NCBI GenBank assembly: GCA_964595565.1
Contig: CAZQQX010000001.1
Location: forward strand, 8,074 to 72,073
DNA length: 64,000 nucleotides
Direction of reading: 5' to 3'
Origin: an uncultured Actinomycetota bacterium
Lineage (GTDB): Bacteria > Actinomycetota > Humimicrobiia > Humimicrobiales > Humimicrobiaceae
A program made the position numbers and the translations under genes. The notes beneath the pieces are model-generated. The model had not been told where the DNA came from. It saw only the letters and a program-made list of their open reading frames with translations, and ran no database searches. Positions 38,221 to 48,536 of this stretch are shown piece after piece (positions within the stretch are counted from its first letter, which is position 1; each line of letters starts with the position of its first letter).

Positions 38221-39354
38221 ATGGTTAATAAAGAAAGACTGTTTAAGATTTTTTTCGAGCTTTTGAGAATAAAAAGCCCATCAAAGAATGAAAAAGAAGT
38301 TCTTGAGTATATAAAGAATAAGCTGACAGGTCTGGGTCTGGAAATTACTATTGATGATTGCGGTAAAAAGTTCGGAAGTAACGCGGGCAATATAATTGCA
38401 TTATACAGGTCAAAAAATCCCTCTGGAAGTGTTCCTGTATTCCTTGCAGGGCATATTGATACTGTAGGTGTAAATGGTGACATTATTCCTTCGATAATGG
38501 ATGGGAAAGTTTTTAATAAAAATAAGGATTGCATACTTGGAGGCGATGACAAAGTCGCTGCAGCTGCAATAATTGAAGCCCTTTATCTTATAGAAGAAAA
38601 TAACATAGCAACAGGTGATATTTATGTTGTTTTTACTATTTCGGAAGAAATAGGGCTTCTTGGCTCCAAAAATATGAATATAAACCTTGTCAGAGCAAAG
38701 TACGGGTTTTCTTTTGATGGTGACGGAGATATAGGGACAATAATAAATAGCGGGCCATACCAGAATTCAATTAATGTAAGCTACAGAGGTAAATCAGCTC
38801 ATGCCGGAGTTGAACCGGAAAAGGGGATTAATTCCATTAAAGCTGCTTCCATAGCAATCTGTAATATGGATTTAGGGAGGATTGATAAACATAGCACATC
38901 CAATGTAGGTAAAATAGAAGGAGGAACAGCACGGAATATTGTAGCTGAAAATACAAGTCTGGAGATAGAAGCAAGGAGTTTAGAATTATCCAGACTGGAA
39001 AAAATAACCGGCGGGATTGTTGAAAGCCTGGAAAAAGGCTCACGGGAAACCCGGGCTGATTTGAACTATGAGGTTTTGAGAGAATATGATGGGTTCGTAG
39101 TTTCAGAAAATGAAGTTCCGGTTGTAGTCTCAAAAAAAGTAATAAAAGAAATGGGGATTAAACCAGAGATAGTGTCCTCAGGCGGGGGTAGTGATGTAAA
39201 CATTTTCAACTCTAAAGGCAGGATATCGATAAATTTGAGCAGCGGAATGGAAAATATACATACTAATAAAGAATTTGTAAAAGTTGATGAATTAATAAAA
39301 CTGGTAAATTTAATTGTGGGAATCTGTAAATTTCCCATAAAAGAACAGGATTAA
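38221..39354 (+). CDS. M20 family peptidase (peptidase T-like, YqjE type)
   Basis: AGHIDTV, LGGDDK, SEEIGL, AHAGVEPEKGINSI, GGGSD and HT motifs. Confidence 0.88.
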   Translation: MVNKERLFKIFFELLRIKSPSKNEKEVLEYIKNKLTGLGLEITIDDCGKKFGSNAGNIIALYRSKNPSGSVPVFLAGHIDTVGVNGDIIPSIMDGKVFNKNKDCILGGDDKVAAAAIIEALYLIEENNIATGDIYVVFTISEEIGLLGSKNMNINLVRAKYGFSFDGDGDIGTIINSGPYQNSINVSYRGKSAHAGVEPEKGINSIKAASIAICNMDLGRIDKHSTSNVGKIEGGTARNIVAENTSLEIEARSLELSRLEKITGGIVESLEKGSRETRADLNYEVLREYDGFVVSENEVPVVVSKKVIKEMGIKPEIVSSGGGSDVNIFNSKGRISINLSSGMENIHTNKEFVKVDELIKLVNLIVGICKFPIKEQD

Positions 39355-39358
39355 TAAA

Positions 39359-39931
39359 ATGGAAAAAGAACTTTACGAACATAAGATAAGCTCTGAATTA
39401 ATATTTAAAGGAGAGATATTAAATCTATACCTTGATAAAGTAATACTTCCCAACAAAAAGATTGCTACCAGGGAGAAGGTCTCACATCCGGGAGCAGTCG
39501 GGGTGGTGCCATTTGATAGTGAAGGTAAAATAATGCTTGTAAAACAATACAGGTACCCGGTTGAAGAAGTTTTGATGGAGATACCTGCAGGTAAGATAGA
39601 TGAAGATGAAGCTCCGGTTGAATGTGCAAAAAGGGAATTAAAAGAAGAAATAGGTGCTACAGGAGGAGAGCTGATACACCTGATATCATTCTATTCTTCG
39701 CCCGGTTTCTGTGATGAAAATATGCACCTGTATCTGGCCATAAACTTTAGCAGGGGGAAGAATCATCTTGATGATGATGAATTTTTGAAGGTTATTGAAT
39801 TAAAAATGAGAGATGCAATATCCTTTATAAAAAGCGGGGAGCTAAAGGATGCAAAAACAATAATAGGGATACTGACGGCTCAAAACTATTTAATAAAAAA
39901 TAGAATAAGTTATGGAAAAAACAGAAAATAG
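39359..39931 (+). CDS. nudF: ADP-ribose pyrophosphatase (Nudix)
   Basis: HPGAV, KQYRYP, Nudix box EIPAGKID...AKRELKEEIG, SPGF and DAKT. Confidence 0.88.
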   Translation: MEKELYEHKISSELIFKGEILNLYLDKVILPNKKIATREKVSHPGAVGVVPFDSEGKIMLVKQYRYPVEEVLMEIPAGKIDEDEAPVECAKRELKEEIGATGGELIHLISFYSSPGFCDENMHLYLAINFSRGKNHLDDDEFLKVIELKMRDAISFIKSGELKDAKTIIGILTAQNYLIKNRISYGKNRK

Positions 39932-40832
39932 AGAACTGGATAGTTATATATTTAAGTTTAAGGATTATCTCAAGTTTGAAAAGCTGATGTTGCCCAATAC
40001 GATAGATTCTTATTTAAGAGACCTGGATAAATTTTTAATCTTCTTAAAAAAAAATCATATTGATAATTTTTGTAGATTATCTAAAGACCAGATACTTGAT
40101 TTTATGCAGGGATTGTATGAAAGTCAGTCAGAGTCATCTATCTCAAGGATACTGTCAACACTCAGGAATTTCTATAAATTTTTACTAATAGAGAAAGTGT
40201 GCAGTAAAAATTTCTGGACCGAGATAAGCAATCCACTTAAGCCAAGAAAAATCCCCGAAGTTTTAAATATTGAAGAAGTAGAAAAATTTCTTGAAAGTAT
40301 ATCCTATAATACAAAATTGGGTTTAAGAGACAGAGCAATGTTTGAGCTTCTTTATTCATGCGGTCTCAGGGTAAGCGAGATTATAAACCTGAAAATGCAG
40401 AATATTGACTTTGAAGAGGAGTTACTATTTTTTAAAGGAAAGGGTAACAAAGAAAGAATAGTGCCCGTGGGGGAAAAAGCCATAAAATTTTTAAAAAGAT
40501 ATATAACCACGGATAGTAATTTATCAGATTATAAAATAAGAATAGATTATATTTTTACAAACAGGAGTGGCAGGAAATTAACCAGACAGGGTTTCTGGAA
40601 GATATTAAAAAAGTATGCCAGGAAAATAAATATTAAAAAAAATTTATACCCGCATATCTTCAGGCACAGTTTTGCAACCCATATGATTCAGAGAGGTGCT
40701 GATTTGAGAATTGTGCAGGAGTTACTGGGCCACAGCAGTATTTCCACAACCGAGATATATACGAATCTTGACAGAGAATATATAAAAGAGGTTTATTTTA
40801 AGTATCATCCGAGAGAAAAGAGCTTAAAATAA
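39912..40832 (+). CDS. xerD: Site-specific tyrosine recombinase XerD
   Basis: RDRAMFELLYSCGLRVSE, KGKGNKERIVP, LTRQGFWK, HIFRHSFATH, LLGHSSISTTEIY; nudF-xerD synteny. Confidence 0.9.
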   Translation: MEKTENRELDSYIFKFKDYLKFEKLMLPNTIDSYLRDLDKFLIFLKKNHIDNFCRLSKDQILDFMQGLYESQSESSISRILSTLRNFYKFLLIEKVCSKNFWTEISNPLKPRKIPEVLNIEEVEKFLESISYNTKLGLRDRAMFELLYSCGLRVSEIINLKMQNIDFEEELLFFKGKGNKERIVPVGEKAIKFLKRYITTDSNLSDYKIRIDYIFTNRSGRKLTRQGFWKILKKYARKINIKKNLYPHIFRHSFATHMIQRGADLRIVQELLGHSSISTTEIYTNLDREYIKEVYFKYHPREKSLK

Positions 40833-40916
40833 TATTTTTATAATTAAATATTATAAGTTATTCATATATAACAGAAAAGCAGCATATATATTTTGCAAAT
40901 TTGATATTTTCTGATA

Positions 40917-40925
40917 TGGTATAAT
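40917..40925 (+). promoter_or_regulatory. Extended -10 promoter for the M50-trpS-scpA-scpB unit
   Basis: Perfect TGnTATAAT 24 nt upstream of the ATG at 40950. Confidence 0.55.
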
Positions 40926-40949
40926 GTCAAAAATTAGAAGAATTTTTGT

Positions 40950-41666
40950 ATGGAAAATTTAGGCCAATCAATAATAAATTTTTTAAGGCAGCTGGTTGTC
41001 TGGGCTCCGGGACTGATAATGGGTGTAGTTTTTCATGAATATGCGCATGGATTTATAGCATATAAAAGCGGTGACCCCACTGCTAAAAATATGGGGAGGC
41101 TCACTTTAAATCCCGTTGCCCATATTGATCTATTCGGAAGCATATTGCTACCATTGTTATTAATTCTTTTTAATTCAAGTATAATATTCGGGTATGCAAA
41201 GCCTGTGCCCATAAACCCGTCATACTTCAGGAACTACAGAAAAGGATTACGCTATACATCACTTGCGGGACCTGCATCAAATTTGATTTTCGCATTTGCA
41301 GTGGGTCTTATATATGGACTTTTTTTTTACATATTTTATAAATTTAGCGGTGCCGTCGTAAATCCGGAAAGCATTGGATACAGGGCTTTTGACCTTGTGA
41401 ATTCAATTTTTCAAAGTGCTATCTATATAAATGTATTCCTGGCTATTTTTAACTTTATACCCATACCGCCGCTTGATGGTTCAAAAATACTCGCTTCATT
41501 TTTGCCCGGTGAAGCAATGTATAAGTACCTGAGTATCGGAAGGTTTGGATTTATTTTTATATTTATATTAATATTTCTTGGTGGAAGAATATTCTGGACT
41601 ATTATATCCCCTGTATTTAATTTTATTTATAATATTTGTGTATGGTGGCAGTATTTTATTTATTAG
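40950..41666 (+). CDS. Site-2 protease family (M50) membrane metalloprotease
   Basis: HEYAH, GDPTAK..GRLTLNP..HID, AGPASN and FNFIPIPPLDGS motifs. Confidence 0.93.
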   Translation: MENLGQSIINFLRQLVVWAPGLIMGVVFHEYAHGFIAYKSGDPTAKNMGRLTLNPVAHIDLFGSILLPLLLILFNSSIIFGYAKPVPINPSYFRNYRKGLRYTSLAGPASNLIFAFAVGLIYGLFFYIFYKFSGAVVNPESIGYRAFDLVNSIFQSAIYINVFLAIFNFIPIPPLDGSKILASFLPGEAMYKYLSIGRFGFIFIFILIFLGGRIFWTIISPVFNFIYNICVWWQYFIY

Positions 41667-41698
41667 ATTATTGGTATTTCAAGAAACAGGAGTTTTAA

Positions 41699-42679
41699 AT
41701 GAAAAAGAAAATGCTTACAGGTTTCAGGCCGACTGGAAAGTTACATCTCGGTCATCTGCATGGAAATATCAGCAATATGATTAAACATCAAAAGGATTAT
41801 GAAAATTTTTTCTTTCTGGTAGACTGGCATGCTTTATCCACCGAATATCACGATCCCAGAAACATTAAATCAGATTTAATTGAATGCGTAGTTGACCTTG
41901 TTTCCCTGGGAATAGACCCCGGACATACCCATATTTACAGACAGTCAGATATACCGCAGATAGCAGAACTGACTCTTTATTTTTCAATGATTTCCCCTTT
42001 ATCATGGCTTGAACGCTGCCCCACTTATAAGGAACAGATGAATGAATTAAAATCCAGAGATATATCAACTCTTGGTTTCCTGTCATATCCGGTTCTTATG
42101 GCTGCAGATATTCTTATAGTAAATTCTGATATAATCCCTGTTGGAGAAGACCAGCTGCCCCATCTTGAAATTACAAGGGAAATTGCACGCAGATTTAATC
42201 ATCTATATGGAAAATATTTCACAGAACCGAGAGAGATGTTATCAAGAGCTGCAAGGGTTCCAGGAACAGATGGAAGGAAAATGTCCAAGAGCTATAACAA
42301 TGCAATATTTTTATCCGATGATTTTAATACTATAAAGCGTAAAATTAATATGATGATAACTGACCCCGAAAGAGTGCACCGTAATGACCCCGGGCATCCT
42401 GAAGTCTGTAACATATTTAGCTTTTATAAAATATATATGGGGGAGAAAATAAAAGAAATTGAGGACAGATGTAAAAATGGAGAAATAGGATGTACTGATT
42501 GTAAGAAGGAAATTTCTGAAATTATATATGAGTCCCTTGGAAATTATCGCGAAAAAAGAAATAAAATAAAAAAGGATATGAATTATATATATAATATACT
42601 GGAAGAAGGCAAGAAATACGTTGGAGAAATTGCTGAAAAAACTATTTCTGATGTAAGAAAAAAGATGGGTATAGATTAG
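41699..42679 (+). CDS. trpS: Tryptophan--tRNA ligase
   Basis: TGFRPTGKLHLGH (HIGH-like), YPVLMAADIL, PVGEDQ..HLE and KMSKS motifs. Confidence 0.96.
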   Translation: MKKKMLTGFRPTGKLHLGHLHGNISNMIKHQKDYENFFFLVDWHALSTEYHDPRNIKSDLIECVVDLVSLGIDPGHTHIYRQSDIPQIAELTLYFSMISPLSWLERCPTYKEQMNELKSRDISTLGFLSYPVLMAADILIVNSDIIPVGEDQLPHLEITREIARRFNHLYGKYFTEPREMLSRAARVPGTDGRKMSKSYNNAIFLSDDFNTIKRKINMMITDPERVHRNDPGHPEVCNIFSFYKIYMGEKIKEIEDRCKNGEIGCTDCKKEISEIIYESLGNYREKRNKIKKDMNYIYNILEEGKKYVGEIAEKTISDVRKKMGID

Positions 42680-42680
42680 A

Positions 42681-43427
42681 TTGGAAGATTGCATAGAAAG
42701 TAAGGAATATTTAATAGAATATAATAAGTTCAGGGGCCCCATATCACTTCTTCTGGAAATGGTCCAGAAGAAAAAGGAAAATATTTATGAAATCAGTTTA
42801 AGTGACGTTATAAAAGATTTTATAAATTATATTAAAACAAATAATAATATACTTATTGACACTCTCTCAGGGTTTATTTATATAGCATCTATTTTAATTG
42901 AAATAAAGTCAAGGTCCCTGATACCCTCCAAAAGGAAGACTTCCGGTGAAGAGGAAGATAAATTAAAGACGGATATTTTAAAGAGCAGAGAGGAAGAGTA
43001 TAGAGTATTTAAAAAAATATCAAATTATTTTAGAAGTCTTTACGAAAAAGAGTCCCTGTATTATATAAGAGAAGCTCCTTTAGAAGAAAAGTTTTTAAAA
43101 ATATTGCCCGATTTTACCGGAGATATAAGTCTGGATAAAATAATAGGGACTGCTTCAACAGTTATAAAATACAGCGAGGAGAAATTAAGACTGGAGGATT
43201 ATTACAATCACAGTTCTAATATGAGTATATTTGATGAAATGAATAGAATAAGAGAAATGCTGCATGAGAAGGAAAATATAACCTTCAGGGAGATTTCATC
43301 TAAATATAAGAGAGTTATTGAAAAGATAATAAGTTTTCTTTCAATACTTGAACTCTATAAAAAGGGAGTAATCGACATTATACAATTTGAAAATTTTGGA
43401 AGTATCATAATAAAAAGATTAAAATAA
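42681..43427 (+). CDS. scpA: Segregation and condensation protein A
   Basis: FRGPISLLLEMV, IEIKSRSLIP, FLSILEL and Q.ENFG motifs; followed by scpB. Confidence 0.88.
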   Translation: MEDCIESKEYLIEYNKFRGPISLLLEMVQKKKENIYEISLSDVIKDFINYIKTNNNILIDTLSGFIYIASILIEIKSRSLIPSKRKTSGEEEDKLKTDILKSREEEYRVFKKISNYFRSLYEKESLYYIREAPLEEKFLKILPDFTGDISLDKIIGTASTVIKYSEEKLRLEDYYNHSSNMSIFDEMNRIREMLHEKENITFREISSKYKRVIEKIISFLSILELYKKGVIDIIQFENFGSIIIKRLK

Positions 43428-43456
43428 TTAAGGAAGATTAAGATACATTAATATTA

Positions 43457-44029
43457 TTGTTTTTAAAATATGAAATGAATAATTACATAAAAAATAAAAA
43501 TAAAGACCGGAGCAAAGACAATTTGTGGCTGAAAACATGCGTGGAAGGAATATTGTTTATTTCTGAAGGAATTGTAAAACCGGGGGAAATAACTTCAATA
43601 ATGGGCATAACTGAAAAAAAATTGAACGAAATAGTGGACCTGCTGGAGTCTGAATATATAAATGAAAATAGAGGATTTATAATCAAAAGAGTTTCAGGTG
43701 GTTTCAGATTATATTCCAATCCTTCAATAAGTGAGGTACTGAAAAATTTTGTAAAATCAAATATAAGAACATATCTATCGCAGGCTGCTCTTGAGACACT
43801 CTCCATTATTTGTTATAAACAGCCTGTTACGAGAACCCAGATTGCAGAAATAAGAGGAGTCAGGGCGGACAGTGTCATATTAACTCTTCTGGATAAAGGT
43901 CTCATAAAGGAAGCAGGAAGGCTCAAGGAGCCGGGCAATCCAATAACCTATAAGATAACTGATAGATTTTTAGAACTTATTGGACTTGAAAGTATAAAGG
44001 AACTCCCCCCATTAAAAGATTTCAGTTAA
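43457..44029 (+). CDS. scpB: Segregation and condensation protein B
   Basis: EGILFIS, LSQAALETLSIICYKQPVTR, IRGV, YKITDRFL and ELP motifs. The real start may be the ATG at 43472. Confidence 0.92.
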   Translation: MFLKYEMNNYIKNKNKDRSKDNLWLKTCVEGILFISEGIVKPGEITSIMGITEKKLNEIVDLLESEYINENRGFIIKRVSGGFRLYSNPSISEVLKNFVKSNIRTYLSQAALETLSIICYKQPVTRTQIAEIRGVRADSVILTLLDKGLIKEAGRLKEPGNPITYKITDRFLELIGLESIKELPPLKDFS

Positions 44030-44058
44030 TTTGAATTAATTTTAAGGTAAGATTAATA

Positions 44059-46527
44059 ATGTCTGTGTTTAAAAAGATAAACCACCCGGCAATCCTGTCA
44101 GTGGTGTTATTATTTAGTTTATTCTTCATCACATTAAATTCCTGTAAAATCAACAGCCGGAATGTTAATAATAAAATAGATGAAAAGATTGACGGGGATT
44201 TTTTAGAAGAAGAAATATTTTCAGGAACCCCACAAGCAACCCCTGTGAGCACCCTTAAAATATCGGGTCAGGCAATAGATGTTGATGTAAGCGGGAATTA
44301 TGCTTATCTTACAAATGACCTTGGATATTTATATGTTATTGATATAAAAAGTAAAAACAACCCTGTAATAACCGGAATATGCAGGGACGTAGATTCTGCA
44401 AATATCGTTATTGTAAGGGGCGATTATGCTTATATTTCGTTTACAAAAATAGTTTTTGATGATGATAATAATTACTCCAGCGAATGCGGCTTTTATATAG
44501 TAGATATAAGCGATAAAGAAAATCCCTTACCTGCAGGTAGATATACTGAAGAAGATAAACATAAAAAATCAGCATACGGGTTATTTATTGAAAGAGATTA
44601 TGCCTATATGGTAACTTCATCTGAAGATGAAAAAAAGAATTCAGGCAGCCTTGAAATAGTAGATATCTCAATAAAAGAAAATCCGGAATTAGTAAGCAAA
44701 TATGATATAGATGGGTTACCCGTGAACTTATGGGTAAAAGATAATGTGGCCTTTTTAAATGTTAATTATTATGATTATGATAAACAGGATTATACAGGTG
44801 AAAGTAAAATTCTGGCAGTTAATTTAAAGGATAAAGAAAGTCCCGGGCTTTCCGGTTCCTGCAAAGTTTCTTCCAACTCATGGGGTATGTATGTAATCGG
44901 GGATTATGCCTGCGTCTCAAGCTGGAAATGGGATAAAAATACTGAAAAATATGATAATAGCATATTCCAGATTGTTGACATAAAAAATCCTTCCAGCCCG
45001 GAACTTCTCGGAAAATGTGAAGTTCCCGGTGGGGCATGGGAGATGGACTCCGTAAGTAATTACATTTATGTGTCAGACCTATCGGGTGGGGTATATATTA
45101 TAGATATAAGTGATAAAGAAAATCCTGTTATTATTCATGATTTAGGTACCGGCGGTACTTCATATGACATTACTATAAAAGGAAATTATGGTTATATCGC
45201 TGGCGGTTTTGAGGGTATGGAAATAGTAAGGCTTTCAGGGCAATCCGGAGTGACAGAAGAAGATAAATTTTATACTGGCAATGAACGGGATATAAATTTA
45301 CATCCTGTTCCTGTTATTGAAGTTTTCGGAGACACTTTTGAGGGAGAATATTTTCAGGTAAGAAATCCTGTATATTTTTCTGCAGTTAAGACCGCTGACA
45401 CTGAGGGAGATAACTTATCTTACAGCTGGATGATTGATAACGATGAATGTTCAAAAGAAGAGTCATTTTATTATTATTTTGACGAGCCGGGAGAATATGA
45501 AATAAAACTTGTTGTATCCGACGGGTCAGAGAGTGTCGAGACATCGGAGACCATAATGATTACCGGGATAAATGTACCTGTAATCCGTAGTATAAAACAT
45601 AACTTTGAAGTTGAGGTTGAATATAATTTGATAAACATGAGTGCTAAAAATCTAAATGATATTGAGTGCTTTATGAGAATTCCACAAACATATTATCCTT
45701 TTCAGATAATAAATGATTATATACCCGATTATTCCGGTACCGGTGAATTGCTTGATAACAACTGGAATTTATTATTACATTTTAAATATGAAGATAGTCT
45801 TGCTCAAAATGAGAGCCTGACTGCATCCACAATAATAGACATAACTTCTTATGAATTTAAATATGAAAATATCAGGGGCAGTGTTCTGTCCTATGATAAT
45901 GAAGACGAAGATTTCAAAAAATATACAATTGATGACTTATTTATAGATTCATACAGTACTGAAATCAGGCATGCTGCAGAATCATTAACCGCGAATGAAA
46001 CAGATCAGGTTAAAAAAGCTGAAATTATTTATAATTTTGTAACTGGAACTTTAAGTTATAATTACGATAGAGCCGAAAATGAAGATTACCAGTTCTTTTA
46101 CGCGTCTGAAATACTAAAAAGAAAAACTGGTGTATGTTCTGATTACGCGATTCTTTTTACAGCACTGCTGAGGGCGTCAGGTATACCTTCAAGGCTTGTT
46201 GCCGGGATTCCTGTATATACAGCCTTATACGAGAGAGAAAAAGAAATAAATATGGGCCATGCATGGGTTGAAATTAAGTTCCCCGGTTACGGATGGATTC
46301 CGGTTGATATCACGCCTGAAGCAAAATTTATGCACCCGAATTATTATTTGAATATTGCAATGGAAAAAGGCTCGGGTTACTTATACGAAAACAAAACAAT
46401 GGACCCGGGAAGTTATTATTACGATGGATTTCTGTTTTCCTGGGATGGCGATAAAATGCCCCTTACGGAACAGCAATTTAATTTCAGGGTAAGGGAACTT
46501 GATGTTGAAGATATAAAACTTGATTAA
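44059..46527 (+). CDS. Putative lipoprotein: LVIVD repeats + PKD domain + transglutaminase-like catalytic domain
   Basis: Lipobox-like TLNSC; repeated VxGNYAY...LxIVDISDxENP units; YSWMID...YYFDEPGEYEIKLVVSDG (PKD); GVCSDYA...HAWVE...WIPVDIT (Cys-His-Asp triad). Confidence 0.8.
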   Translation: MSVFKKINHPAILSVVLLFSLFFITLNSCKINSRNVNNKIDEKIDGDFLEEEIFSGTPQATPVSTLKISGQAIDVDVSGNYAYLTNDLGYLYVIDIKSKNNPVITGICRDVDSANIVIVRGDYAYISFTKIVFDDDNNYSSECGFYIVDISDKENPLPAGRYTEEDKHKKSAYGLFIERDYAYMVTSSEDEKKNSGSLEIVDISIKENPELVSKYDIDGLPVNLWVKDNVAFLNVNYYDYDKQDYTGESKILAVNLKDKESPGLSGSCKVSSNSWGMYVIGDYACVSSWKWDKNTEKYDNSIFQIVDIKNPSSPELLGKCEVPGGAWEMDSVSNYIYVSDLSGGVYIIDISDKENPVIIHDLGTGGTSYDITIKGNYGYIAGGFEGMEIVRLSGQSGVTEEDKFYTGNERDINLHPVPVIEVFGDTFEGEYFQVRNPVYFSAVKTADTEGDNLSYSWMIDNDECSKEESFYYYFDEPGEYEIKLVVSDGSESVETSETIMITGINVPVIRSIKHNFEVEVEYNLINMSAKNLNDIECFMRIPQTYYPFQIINDYIPDYSGTGELLDNNWNLLLHFKYEDSLAQNESLTASTIIDITSYEFKYENIRGSVLSYDNEDEDFKKYTIDDLFIDSYSTEIRHAAESLTANETDQVKKAEIIYNFVTGTLSYNYDRAENEDYQFFYASEILKRKTGVCSDYAILFTALLRASGIPSRLVAGIPVYTALYEREKEINMGHAWVEIKFPGYGWIPVDITPEAKFMHPNYYLNIAMEKGSGYLYENKTMDPGSYYYDGFLFSWDGDKMPLTEQQFNFRVRELDVEDIKLD

Positions 46528-46658
46528 CTAAATTCCGGATAGATAAAATCTGGCAGAAAAATGGGGCTTTATATTAATCTAAATTATTAAAAAGATTTAT
46601 TTATAATTTTAATTTGTTATTATTAAAATAAGATTTTTAAAAAAATAAAATATAAATT

Positions 46659-48509
46659 ATGATTGGGGGAAAATTGGAAAAAAAGAATAATCTTGAAAAA
46701 ATAGCAAAACTCATAAGATACTTTATTTTAACTTCAACCACCAGGGCCGGATCCGGGCACCCGTCTTCTTCTCTGTCCGCTGTGGAGTTAATGACAGCCT
46801 TATTTTTTGATGATTTCTTTAAATTCAGGGTAAATGAACCGGACTATGTGAATAATGACAGGTTAATTTTTTCTAAAGGTCATGCATCCCCTCTATTGTA
46901 TTCTTTATGGGCAGCTGCCGGTGCTGTAACCGAGGATGAAATTCTTACCCTCAGGAAATTTGGAAGCAAGTTTGAAGGGCACCCCACGCCTTTTTTCCCG
47001 TATTCTGAGGCAGCAACGGGTTCACTCGGCCAGGGTCTTTCTGTTGGGGTTGGCGTTTCAATAAATGCTAAATACATAGACAAATTACCTTATTATACAT
47101 ATGTACTGGTAGGGGACAGCGAGATGGCCGAAGGTTCACAGTGGGAAGCAATTCAGATTGCATCCTATTATAAACTTGACAATCTTGTGGGTATTTTAGA
47201 TGTAAATAGATTGGGGCAGAGAGGCCAGACCATGTATGGATGGGATACGGTGGCTTATGAAAAAAGGATTTCTTCTTTCGGATGGGAAACTATAAGAATA
47301 GATGGGCATGATTTTAAAGAGATTTCAGCTGCTTATAAGTATGCCCTTAAAGTTAAAGGAAAACCCACTATGATAATAGCAAAAACAATAAAGGGTAAAG
47401 GAGTAAGCCTTATTGAAGATAAAGATGGATGGCATGGTAGACCACTCCCCCAGGATAAACTTGAAAAAACATTAAATGAGTTAGGGAGCATTGACAGGGA
47501 TGTAAAGGGTATTATAGCAGAACCGGCACAATGTGAAGGGAACAGAGAAAAAATAAAAAATTACACCGGAATTGATATAGGCAGGGACAGTATGTCAACC
47601 AGGAAAGCTTACGGAATCGGTCTGGTAAATATTTTTAAAAAGTTCTCCGATATAGTTGTTCTGGATGCTGAAGTTAGTAACTCAACTTATTCTGAAATAT
47701 TTAAAGAAAAATTTCCGGATAGATTTTTTGAAATGTATATAGCCGAACAGAATATGATAGGTACTGCAATTGGGCTATCAACAAGGGGTAAAATCCCATT
47801 TGTATCAACATTTGCAGCCTTTTTGACCAGAGCCGCTGACCAGATAAGAATGAGCGGGTACTCAAATACCAATATAAAATTTATTGGCTCACATTCAGGG
47901 GTATCAATTGGTGAAGACGGACCATCACAGATGGGTCTGGAAGATATTGCACTATTCAGGGCTCAACTTAATAGCGTTGTGCTGTATCCGGCAGATGCAG
48001 TATCCACAGAAAAATTATTAGAAAGAGCGGCAGAACACTATGGTAACGTATATATAAGAACAACCAGAATGGATACCCCTGTTATTTATAACAGCACAGA
48101 GGATTTTAAAATTGGTGGAAGTAAAGTATTAAAAGAAAGCAGAAATGACGTTGCCACTATATGTGCCGGGGGAATAACACTGCACGAGGCACTTAAAGCT
48201 TATGAGGAATTAAAAAAAGAGAATATATTAATAAGAGTGATTGATATTTACAGTATTAAACCAATAGATGAGAAGGTGATTATAAAAGCGCAGGAAGAAA
48301 CAGGGTTGATAATAACTGTTGAAGACCATTACCAGGGAGGAGGTCTGGGTGAAGCGGTAAAAAGCGCTTCATCAGAAAAGAGCCCGGTTCATATTCTTGC
48401 TGTAAGAAAAATACCAAGAAGTGGAAAGCCATATGAATTACTTGATTTTGAAGAAATATCAAGCAAGGCAATAATAAATAAAGTAAAAGAAATAAAATTT
48501 AAAAAATAA
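46659..48509 (+). CDS. tkt: Transketolase (short, ~615 aa single-chain type)
   Basis: GHPSSSLS, SKGHAS, EGHP, ATGSLGQG, TPP motif GDSE...N, EMYIAEQNM and GEDGPSQMGLED. The start may be the TTG at 46674. Confidence 0.92.
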   Translation: MIGGKLEKKNNLEKIAKLIRYFILTSTTRAGSGHPSSSLSAVELMTALFFDDFFKFRVNEPDYVNNDRLIFSKGHASPLLYSLWAAAGAVTEDEILTLRKFGSKFEGHPTPFFPYSEAATGSLGQGLSVGVGVSINAKYIDKLPYYTYVLVGDSEMAEGSQWEAIQIASYYKLDNLVGILDVNRLGQRGQTMYGWDTVAYEKRISSFGWETIRIDGHDFKEISAAYKYALKVKGKPTMIIAKTIKGKGVSLIEDKDGWHGRPLPQDKLEKTLNELGSIDRDVKGIIAEPAQCEGNREKIKNYTGIDIGRDSMSTRKAYGIGLVNIFKKFSDIVVLDAEVSNSTYSEIFKEKFPDRFFEMYIAEQNMIGTAIGLSTRGKIPFVSTFAAFLTRAADQIRMSGYSNTNIKFIGSHSGVSIGEDGPSQMGLEDIALFRAQLNSVVLYPADAVSTEKLLERAAEHYGNVYIRTTRMDTPVIYNSTEDFKIGGSKVLKESRNDVATICAGGITLHEALKAYEELKKENILIRVIDIYSIKPIDEKVIIKAQEETGLIITVEDHYQGGGLGEAVKSASSEKSPVHILAVRKIPRSGKPYELLDFEEISSKAIINKVKEIKFKK

Positions 48510-48536
48510 AAATAATTTAGTAGGAGGTATGTTAAG

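Noticed and set aside
39912-40832. Tyrosine recombinase as a prophage or island integrase
   Set aside because: It has XerD-specific motifs and sits in conserved nudF-xerD-scpAB synteny, with no att repeats or mobile cargo.
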